Assembly (NCBI GenBank): GCA_963803975.1
Contig: CAWDOY010000024.1
Span: 1-35,195, forward strand
Origin: an uncultured delta proteobacterium
GTDB lineage: Bacteria > Desulfobacterota > WTBG01 > CAIYCZ01
Length of the DNA: 35,195 nt
Direction: 5' to 3'
Shown in pieces: positions 27,495-35,195 of this stretch; position 1 is the stretch's first letter, and each line of letters begins with the position of its first letter. The translations under genes were made by a program, and so were the position numbers. Below the pieces are notes generated by a model. The model had not been told where the DNA came from, searched no databases, and was given only the letters and a program-made list of their open reading frames with translations.

Positions 27495-29813
27495 ATGGGC
27501 TCCCTGCTTTTTTCTTTAATCCTGCTGCTGGTCGGCGCCTATTCCATGGCTGCCCAGATCTTTTTTATCAGAGAACTGCTGGTGCAATTTTTTGGCAGCG
27601 AGCTGTGCCTCGGGCTTATATTTTTCTACTGGTTTCTGGGCATTGCCGGCGGGGCCTGGGTTGCCGGCAGGTTCTGTAAAAAGCTGCAGCATCCCTTGCG
27701 GGTCTTCCTGCCATCCCTTGTTATTCTCACCATTACCCCGTTCATCGTGATCCCTCTCATGAGAGGGCTGCGAAGCATTATGATCGTAGCGCCCGGGGAA
27801 TATATATCCTTAATCAAGATGATTGCGGGTGCCGGTATGACGGTGTGCCCTTTCAGCTTCTTAATCGGGATTTTATTTCCAATCGCATGCAGGGCAGCAG
27901 AGCGGCAGGAAGCAGGTTCGGCTGCTGTCGGGCTGGTGTATGTGTGGGAATCTGTCGGCAGCCTTGTTGGCGGAGTGATTATCTCTTTGGTGGTGATACC
28001 GGCATACCGTCCACTCCAGGTATTCGGTTCAATTGCCGGTATTATCTGGGCAGCCTCGTTCTGGTTCTTTTTAAAACAATACGAAGACCGTCTGTCAAAA
28101 ACTATAATCTCATTCTTACTGGTGTTGTCAGTAAGCATGCTGGTGCTGCTATCCGCAGGAACGATCGCAAAATTTGATGACTATTTGGTCAGGCTGCGCT
28201 GGAATACCTTTAATAACCGGATGCAGCTGCTTGCTTCCCGCGATTCCCGTTATCAGAATTTAATACTGGCTGAGGCAGGCAATCAATATGGTGTTTTTGC
28301 TGATGGCCAATTGACCGGCAGTTATCCGGAGGAGTATCAGGCAGCACAGAAGGCGCATCTGTTCATGTGTCAGCACCCTGCTCCAAAGAAGGTGCTGCTA
28401 ATCAATGATGGCTTAACCGGACTTGTGAGAAATATACTGCAACATAACGTAAAAACAGTTGATTATATTGAGATTGATACAGAGATGGTCAGCCTGGTCA
28501 GGCCGATTCTCGCAGGCAAAGACAAGAAAGCTTTGGCAGATCAACGGGTGAATATTATTTATAAGGACGGCAGACAATTTGTTAAAGGCATACAGGGAAC
28601 ATATGACCTGATAATGGTAAATACCCCCGAACCGACAACAGCAGCCCTGAACAGGTTTTATACCGTTGACTTTTTCAGGGAGGTTAAAAATGCTCTGGCA
28701 GAAGGCGGAGTAATGGTAATCGGTCTGTCAGCATCATCAAATTATCTGGGAGGCATAATCTCAAATTATGCCGCTTCCCTGTATGACGGATTAAAAAATG
28801 TATTTCCCTATACCCTGGTTATTCCGCAGGAGGACAAAAGTTATTTCTTTGCAGCAATAAAACCTGATCTCTTAACACCTGATTACCGGGTGCTTCAGAG
28901 ACGCTATCAGGAGCGCGGCATTCAGTCTGAGGTATTTCCTGCAGAGCTCTTTAGAGTGCTGGTACAGAAAGAAAGAATTGAATCGATGACGAGCGCTCTC
29001 AACAGAAATACCGGCGCTCCCGTTAATACGGATATGCAGCCGATAACCTATTTTTACCAGCTTCTGCTGTGGGAACTATTTACCGGAGGGCAGGCAGAAG
29101 CAGCTATTTTCCATACTGTTGCGCGGTATATAGTATTCTTCATAGTAGCAGTGCTGGTAATTTTTTGCCTGGCGCGCAGCCTGCAAATATATGCCGCAAA
29201 TGGAAAGAGCGTCAGGTATTTTAATTGCCTTTGGGCAATCGGTACCACGGGATGCACTGGCATGGCCCTTGAACTGGTCCTTATTTTTATGTTTCAAAAT
29301 ATGTACGGGTATATTTACCAGATGATCGGCATTATAGCAGGTTCATTTATGTTTGGCCTGACCGCAGGCGGGTACTCCATCAAGAGGCTGATAGCTTCCG
29401 GGAGGCGCTGCGGCACTAAGGCGCTGTTGGCCTGTGAAATTGCGCTATGCGTGTATGCAGTGCTGCTGCCTTTTGCTTTATCAGGATTGAATATGCTCAA
29501 AGGAGCACTGCAGATTTCTGTTATTGATATTACTGCCTGCAGCTTTATGATATTAGTATTTACAGCCGGCTTTATCGCCGGGCTTGAATTTCCTCTGGTG
29601 AGCCATATCCTTATTTCTCATAACAATGATATTGGCACTGCAGCAGGGCGGGTAGATGCAGTAGACCATCTGGGTGCATGTGCAGGGTCACTTTTAACCG
29701 GAGCGCTGCTGGTACCGCTTGCAGGTGTTTATCAGGCCTGCTTTATAATGGGCCTTCTCAATGCATCCAGCGTTCTGTTTATCGTGATGCAGATAAGGAT
29801 GGATAAAAATTAA
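27495..29813 (+). CDS. Membrane-bound spermidine-synthase-like/SAM-dependent transferase (fused MFS-like TM domains)
   Basis: N-terminal TM block (AQIFFIRELL...GSEL), DSRYQNL, central Rossmann-like KVLLI...YIEID...DGRQF...YDLI...PEP...NRFYT, C-terminal TM block (LELVLIFMFQNMYGYIY, DHLGA). Confidence 0.8.
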   Translation: MGSLLFSLILLLVGAYSMAAQIFFIRELLVQFFGSELCLGLIFFYWFLGIAGGAWVAGRFCKKLQHPLRVFLPSLVILTITPFIVIPLMRGLRSIMIVAPGEYISLIKMIAGAGMTVCPFSFLIGILFPIACRAAERQEAGSAAVGLVYVWESVGSLVGGVIISLVVIPAYRPLQVFGSIAGIIWAASFWFFLKQYEDRLSKTIISFLLVLSVSMLVLLSAGTIAKFDDYLVRLRWNTFNNRMQLLASRDSRYQNLILAEAGNQYGVFADGQLTGSYPEEYQAAQKAHLFMCQHPAPKKVLLINDGLTGLVRNILQHNVKTVDYIEIDTEMVSLVRPILAGKDKKALADQRVNIIYKDGRQFVKGIQGTYDLIMVNTPEPTTAALNRFYTVDFFREVKNALAEGGVMVIGLSASSNYLGGIISNYAASLYDGLKNVFPYTLVIPQEDKSYFFAAIKPDLLTPDYRVLQRRYQERGIQSEVFPAELFRVLVQKERIESMTSALNRNTGAPVNTDMQPITYFYQLLLWELFTGGQAEAAIFHTVARYIVFFIVAVLVIFCLARSLQIYAANGKSVRYFNCLWAIGTTGCTGMALELVLIFMFQNMYGYIYQMIGIIAGSFMFGLTAGGYSIKRLIASGRRCGTKALLACEIALCVYAVLLPFALSGLNMLKGALQISVIDITACSFMILVFTAGFIAGLEFPLVSHILISHNNDIGTAAGRVDAVDHLGACAGSLLTGALLVPLAGVYQACFIMGLLNASSVLFIVMQIRMDKN

Positions 29814-29883
29814 AATACATTGTATTTTTAGCGAGATACTATTTGTATCGTAATGAATTAATTTAAGCCGGATGGAGGCGACT

Positions 29884-31773
29884 ATGTACGGATGGGCAGG
29901 GAAAATAGTGCGTGTTGATCTTAATGAAAAAAGAGTTTCAACCACTGACATTGAACAATACTGCGAAGATTTTATCGGCGGAATCGGCATTGCGGAAAAG
30001 ATTTATTGGGACGAGGGGCATCCGGATAAGGATGCGTTTCACCCTGATAACCCCCTCATTTTCATGACGGGTCCCCTGGCTGCAACAGCCGCACCAGCCG
30101 CCCCGCGCTGGATAGTCTGCGGCAAATCACCGCTCATGTATCCCGAGACATTTTACAGCGGCAGCATGTCCGGTTTCTTCGGCGCAGAGCTTAAAATGGC
30201 AGGGTTTGACGGCATCGTCATAAAAGGAAAAGCAGAAAGTCCTGTTTATATAAGCATACACGATGAAAAAGTTGAAATAAAGGACGCACGCCATCTCTGG
30301 GGCAATACTAACAGCAAAGTTCATGACGCTCTACGGAACGCGGAAGGAGATACGGCAAAACTGCTCAGCATCGGCCCGGGCGCGGAAAACGGCTCCCGCA
30401 TCGGGACCATTTTAACAGACGTTGCAGGGAGCGGTTCCCGCGGGTTTGGTTCAGTGATGGGCGCAAAAAACCTGAAGGCAATAGCAGTGGCAGGAACAGG
30501 GAAGATACCGGTAGCGGATGCGGCGGCAATACAGCGCATACGCAATAAAATTAAAGAGATGACCGGTCCTGGATATTTCAATCTCTACGGTAATCCTATT
30601 ACTACGCCCGGTTCGACCGTTGTTAAAAAAGTCCATTGCCATGGCTGCCCCATGGGCTGCTGGCGCTCTCTGCACAGAAGCGCTGCCGGCAACGAGGACA
30701 TACGAAAATGCCAGACGCCGTTATTCTACAGCCTGTGGGATAAAAAACTGCACAAGGAAGTTACTGAGGCAAGCTTTATTGCCGCCACCATGGCAAACGA
30801 CTATTCCCTGTGCGTTCTGGAAATAGTATTCCTGCTGCTGTGGCTTGAGAAATGTTATGAGCAGGGCATCCTGTCAGAAAAGGATATAGAGCTGCCCATG
30901 AGCACGATGGGGAGCCTGGAATTTCTGGAAGCACTGTTTATGAAAATTGCACGACGGGAAGGATTCGGAGCTATCCTTGCCGAGGGAGTGGCTAGAGCAG
31001 CAAAGAAGACCGGCATGGCTGCAGAAGAGATCGCCAACGCGCAGCGTATGTTTCCCTACGGGCCGAAGGTTTTTCCCCAGTCAGCGCTTTTATATGCCGT
31101 GGAGCAGCGTCCGCCTATCACCGAACTTCATGAGGTGTGCACAGCTCCGACGAAATGGGCTGTCTGGCATAACACCAAGGGAGAAAAGTCCTATGTATCT
31201 ACTGAGGTGCTGAGAAAAATCGGGCAGCAGTTCTGGGGCAGCGAAAAGGCGGTTGATTTCTCTACCTATGAAGGCAAAGCGCTTGCAGCTGTTAAGGTGC
31301 AGCACCGTGAATACGCGAAAGAATCGCTGATACTGTGTGATTTTGTGTGGCCTATTTACGATGATGCGAGCTCTGCAGGTCATGTGGGAGATCCTACCCT
31401 GGACAGCCAGCTGCTGTCCGCTGTCATTGGCAAAGAGATTGACGGTGCAGCGCTGGAGCATACGGCCGAGAGAATCTTTAACCTGAACCGTGCGATTCAG
31501 CTGCGGGAGGGGAAAAAGGGCAGGGAGGATGACAGCCTGCCGGAACGGCTTTTTATAGAGCGCGAAGAGCCGATTATGGATGTGTTCGGCATGCACAACC
31601 CGCAGCTGCTGCTTCCCGGAGCCGGGGATGAAATCATCTCACGCAAGGGAAAAGCAGTGGACAAAGAGAAGTTTGAGCGGATGCTGGATGAATATTATGA
31701 CCTGCGGGGATGGGACCGGGCTACGGGTTTCCCTAAACAGGAAAAGCTCGAGGAACTGGGCTTGGCTGGGTAA
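29884..31773 (+). CDS. Aldehyde:ferredoxin oxidoreductase family (W/Mo-bis-pyranopterin) enzyme
   Basis: MYGWAGKIVRVDL, KSP, ELKMAGFDGIVIKGKA, IGPGAEN, GSVMGAKNLKAI, CHGCPMGC, DDSLPERL, MLDEYYDLRGWD. Confidence 0.92.
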   Translation: MYGWAGKIVRVDLNEKRVSTTDIEQYCEDFIGGIGIAEKIYWDEGHPDKDAFHPDNPLIFMTGPLAATAAPAAPRWIVCGKSPLMYPETFYSGSMSGFFGAELKMAGFDGIVIKGKAESPVYISIHDEKVEIKDARHLWGNTNSKVHDALRNAEGDTAKLLSIGPGAENGSRIGTILTDVAGSGSRGFGSVMGAKNLKAIAVAGTGKIPVADAAAIQRIRNKIKEMTGPGYFNLYGNPITTPGSTVVKKVHCHGCPMGCWRSLHRSAAGNEDIRKCQTPLFYSLWDKKLHKEVTEASFIAATMANDYSLCVLEIVFLLLWLEKCYEQGILSEKDIELPMSTMGSLEFLEALFMKIARREGFGAILAEGVARAAKKTGMAAEEIANAQRMFPYGPKVFPQSALLYAVEQRPPITELHEVCTAPTKWAVWHNTKGEKSYVSTEVLRKIGQQFWGSEKAVDFSTYEGKALAAVKVQHREYAKESLILCDFVWPIYDDASSAGHVGDPTLDSQLLSAVIGKEIDGAALEHTAERIFNLNRAIQLREGKKGREDDSLPERLFIEREEPIMDVFGMHNPQLLLPGAGDEIISRKGKAVDKEKFERMLDEYYDLRGWDRATGFPKQEKLEELGLAG

Positions 31774-31820
31774 AAGATGGACTGCAGCTCGGCCTGTCCC
31801 AGATTATTGAAGGGCTTAAG

Positions 31821-31909
31821 GAAAAGGTAAAAAGGTAAAGAGGTAAAGAGGTTAAGAGGTGAAAAGGTGAAAAGGTTGAAAAGGTGAAAGAGGTGAAAAG
31901 GTGAAGAGA
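31821..31909. repeat. Degenerate 8-9 nt purine-rich tandem repeat (about AGGTRAAR)
   Basis: aaggtaaa aaggtaaag aggtaaag aggttaag aggtgaaa aggtgaaa aggttgaaa aggtgaaag aggtgaaa aggtgaag. Confidence 0.85.
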
Positions 31910-32032
31910 TTTTTGGGGAAAGTTTTAATGATATGGCTATTGACAGAAATGAATTAGTATTTCATATATATACAATTTTCAACATGGTAAATCGTGATAT
32001 TAGTACACACTTATTACAGGACTTCGGTGCCT

Positions 32033-32281
32033 ATGAAAAAACCAGCGAAGATGTACATCTATCCAAGATGGTCTCATGAAAATCAAACAGCGGTGCTGTT
32101 CTGCTCAATAATCGGCTTTGTTTTCGCGGTCTGCGGTTCTGCTCTGCTCCATTACAAGATGAGGGCAGCAGGGATCGTCACCTGGCATATCGGCCTGTTT
32201 GCGGTACTGGTATACGCAGCATATTATATCCGGGGATTATATCAGAAATACATGGATTGCGCGTGGGATGTCTATTATTGA
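32033..32281 (+). CDS. Possible small two-TM membrane protein
   Basis: Two hydrophobic segments and a TTGACA at 31940 upstream; no clear RBS. Confidence 0.35.
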   Translation: MKKPAKMYIYPRWSHENQTAVLFCSIIGFVFAVCGSALLHYKMRAAGIVTWHIGLFAVLVYAAYYIRGLYQKYMDCAWDVYY

Positions 32282-32379
32282 CGATATAAAGCGCGCAGCA
32301 GAGCGGGATGTAAACAATTACAGAAGGCAGTGCTCATACTACGGGCACTGCCTTTTTGCTAATCGCTGTTGCAATGGTC

Positions 32380-33276
32380 TTAGTGGTCATCCCGGACGGA
32401 GACGCGGTTGAAGGAGAAATGAGGGCCATGCGCAGCCCTGTCATATTCGACGGCTGCCAGACCATCTCCCTTCAGCTCGAACACAATTCGCTCCGGGTTA
32501 ACCGGCTCCCCGTTTTTATGCGTCACTGTTACTGCTAAAAGATTTTTTTCCATAGACCAGACGCCAGTCTGTTTTACAATCCCCTTCGAGTATCTGGAAA
32601 GTAACTCCACGGAATTATTACGCAGCACGTGCAGGGTCTCTTCAACTTTGCCACCCGCGCCAATGAAACTTCGCGAGTAGGTGCCGATGTACACCCGGGA
32701 ATCAGCGTGTGAAGGGGATACCATGGAATCATAGTCAGCACGGGAAGCGCGCTCACCGCCAGCCGCTGCTACAAGGACACGGACATTCCTTGCATAGCCA
32801 TGGGTTACAACAAAAGCAGGAGATGTATTACAGTACGCCGCTTCGCCATTGCGCATGATGCGCGCCTGAACCGTGTAATGATGTGTCGGGTTAATCCTGG
32901 CCGGGTCATAGGTAAGCTTGAATGGTATTGGTATATTACGGGCCGATGTAATTTTCTGGTACGCAATAACAGCGGCAGAACTGCGGGAAGAAAAGTCAAG
33001 CAGCTGCACCTCGATTACATCATTTGGATGCAAGGGCAGGGCCTGCAGGCAATCAACCGTTCCCGTGATACTGACCATTATTACCGGGGGAGCCTCAGGC
33101 AATTTTTGCGAGGGCCTGCCAATAAGCAGGCCGGTATTTTCTTCACCGGTCCGGTACTTCCACAGGTCAATCATAAAGTCGGTGCCGAGCTCGCCGGGGA
33201 AAATATCGTGAGGCAGCATCAGGCCCAGTGCCATAGTAATGGACAGGACAAGCCGCTTGAAGTCTTTATTGATCAT
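32380..33276 (-). CDS. Exported protein with a YbaY/YscW-like domain and an NlpE-N-like C-terminal domain
   Basis: SITGTV...LPLHPNDVIEVQLLDFS...PIPFKLTYDPARI...YTVQARI (YbaY-like); YIGTY...ETLHVLRNNS...TGVWS (NlpE-like, weaker). Confidence 0.7.
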   Translation of the reverse strand: MINKDFKRLVLSITMALGLMLPHDIFPGELGTDFMIDLWKYRTGEENTGLLIGRPSQKLPEAPPVIMVSITGTVDCLQALPLHPNDVIEVQLLDFSSRSSAAVIAYQKITSARNIPIPFKLTYDPARINPTHHYTVQARIMRNGEAAYCNTSPAFVVTHGYARNVRVLVAAAGGERASRADYDSMVSPSHADSRVYIGTYSRSFIGAGGKVEETLHVLRNNSVELLSRYSKGIVKQTGVWSMEKNLLAVTVTHKNGEPVNPERIVFELKGDGLAAVEYDRAAHGPHFSFNRVSVRDDH

Positions 33277-33384
33277 GTCAGGAATACAAAAATACCAGCG
33301 CACAGTCTCAAAACAGCGATGAAACAGCTGCGCTGGTTGTTAATGTTAATTTGACCATTTGCATCAGGCGTTATCCCGGAACAC

Positions 33385-34083
33385 TTACAAAACACCGCCT
33401 GTCTCCCCGAGAACCTGTTTAAGACCGAAGCAGGCGAGTTCATCAGCTGTAAGCCAGCGCGCGCCCATGGAAAAGAAATCTTTTGCATTGAGAAGATTTT
33501 CGGAAAGGGCCTGCTGGGTTTTATCAAATGTCGCCTGCCACACGGGGATACCCTGTTCAATGTTCAGCAGGTACAAGGTAAAAGCGACTGAGGCAGGGTT
33601 GGGGGAGGCCTGGGCAGTGCCGACGCGCTCCTTGTATCTCCAGACAATGCCGACCATCACATGGTCGGTCTGCAGCTTCCTGCCCAGTGCGATTGCCAGT
33701 GACTGCGGTGTGTCAGTGGCGGGATATTTTGGCAACCCCTCATACGCAGCCTGAGCAGTCGGAACAGGAACCAGTACATCAGCGTATCTCTTTTGCATGG
33801 CATCCTGCAGAAAGCCGGTCATAAGCACGTCGGCATTGCCTTTGACCTCCTTGATGTTAAAGCACAGATTGGAAATGGTGCAGTAGAGCAGCCCGTTCAT
33901 GGGATCGCCCAGGCTGCTGTCATGCAGGCCCCTGACAAAAGGCATCAGCGCGATTCGCTGTACTTTTACTGCAGAAAGCCCGCTGCGCGCTTTAACGGTT
34001 TCCGGTTTTGACAGGCAGCCCGCCAGAACTACAAGCAAAGACATAAACGCTAACGCGGTCCGCGGTAATCGTAATCGCATCAT
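33385..34083 (-). CDS. Lipoprotein, CsgG/LpoB/GNA1162-like alpha/beta fold
   Basis: Lipobox LAGC; RIALMPF...ALGRKLQTDHVMVGIVWRY...SVAFTLYLLNIEQGIPVW. Confidence 0.7.
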   Translation of the reverse strand: MMRLRLPRTALAFMSLLVVLAGCLSKPETVKARSGLSAVKVQRIALMPFVRGLHDSSLGDPMNGLLYCTISNLCFNIKEVKGNADVLMTGFLQDAMQKRYADVLVPVPTAQAAYEGLPKYPATDTPQSLAIALGRKLQTDHVMVGIVWRYKERVGTAQASPNPASVAFTLYLLNIEQGIPVWQATFDKTQQALSENLLNAKDFFSMGARWLTADELACFGLKQVLGETGGVL

Positions 34084-34280
34084 AACATCATCTCCCCATT
34101 TTATTCTCAAGATGACATAGTGTTGGTAATTGAATCGTATGGCATGAGCCAGCACAACTTCTGTTAGCTTTTTTATTTAAAAAGTCAATTATATTAATGA
34201 TGCTGTACCATGGTACTTATTTATAAACGCTGCCATGTGCAGCAGGGCAGCATAAAAAAACAAACTTTGCTTACGGGGGC

Positions 34281-35195
34281 TTAAAACCGGTAGATAAATA
34301 CCGGGGTGATGCAGAACAGGCCGGAAAAGTTTGATCCCACGTCCACCATGAATTGAAAAGTTTTTGTTATTTCAATGTGTGTTCCAATGTGCGTGCTCCA
34401 TGGTTTTTGGGTGCTCTCCTGCAGGCTGAACCCTACCTTGCCCTATAACCGGAATGACAGGGTTCCCTCGTATGGTATTGGTCGTGTCCCAGTAGGTTTC
34501 ACCAACCCAGAGATTCAGCCAGGAATTACTAAACTTTTTTCGCCATCCAAGGCGGACAGAGCACAGCATTGCTCTCACATCCGGGCTTAATCTGTTCCCG
34601 AAAACAAGATCACCCTGCAGCGCGCTGATGGTGTAATTCGAGTCAATCGCAGCAAAAAAATGTTTATACCCGCCGACCAGCGTTATCCCTCCCCCATAGG
34701 TGATGCCGGTTAAATGAACAGACACTTTAAAATCTTTACGGCGTGCACCTCGCAGGTTACGTATGCGGTCAAGCAGGTCTACACCGATAGTCGCATCGGT
34801 ATACTGACGCGTGTACCCTCCCAGCGCATACAGGCTTAAAAATGGAAAAATCCATGTATCCAGGCGCACCGACCAGTTCTTCTCCCTGCTTTTCACTTTT
34901 ATTTTTGTGAGTTTATCAGCGGGAATCGTTAATTTCGCGAGAGCAACCTTTGCATTGTCCACCTTGATATGGCGCCGTGCCGTAATAGAATCCCGGTGTT
35001 ACCCCGATGGCATGGGGAAGCTTATGGCCTCTTTTCTCAGCCGCGGCACCGAAAATGGGAAAAAGTGTTTGCCATTTCTGTTCGGGGTCTGGCTGAGCTG
35101 TGTTGACTTTAACGGGGACTCGACCGGGCAGCGGTTCAGGCGTCTGAGGAATATTCGCCTCTTGCTTTTTCTCATTCATGACGCTCATGCGCCAA
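34281..35195 (-). CDS. Outer-membrane beta-barrel protein, probably 5'-truncated (frameshifts near 34980 and 34440)
   Basis: ORFs 34916..35188 and 34372..34962 plus a hand-translated tail GKVGFSLQESTQKPWSTHIGTHIEITKTFQFMVDVGSNFSGLFCITPVFIYRF-stop at 34281. Amphipathic strands and a C-terminal YRF. Confidence 0.65.

Noticed and set aside
29884..31773. Calling the enzyme aor or bamB
   Set aside because: It lacks the canonical AOR Glu motif, and no bamC-I partners are present.

Overview
Bacterial DNA of about 50% GC. Gene content (W/Mo aldehyde oxidoreductase family enzyme, iron-sulfur flavoprotein, outer-membrane barrels) suggests an anaerobic diderm, probably Desulfobacterota-like; this is an inference. 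The window holds two divergently oriented paralogous four-gene envelope clusters, each YCF48/BNR-repeat lipoprotein - MMPL/RND transporter - DUF1302-like OM barrel - DUF1329-like periplasmic protein (1-5750 minus; 15686-22813 plus). It also has a CHASE4-PAS kinase/NarL-type regulator pair. The most notable feature is a putative TetR regulon marked by a shared ATGAG-N4-CTCAT palindrome. It links two operons that each end in a protein with ferredoxin-dependent bilin reductase (FDBR/RCCR)-like motifs. Operon 1 is tetR - GGR/FixC-like flavoprotein - secreted HemG-like flavodoxin - membrane-anchored FDBR-like. Operon 2 is two orphan membrane proteins - NapH-like membrane Fe-S protein - soluble FDBR-like. 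The right end encodes an Isf flavoprotein, a membrane spermidine-synthase-like protein, a non-canonical AOR-family enzyme, lipoproteins and an OM barrel. Intergenic regions carry nested MITE/REP-like palindromes and short tandem repeats. Many genes are split by small indels, most likely long-read errors. All family calls come from motif recognition by eye, not from database searches.
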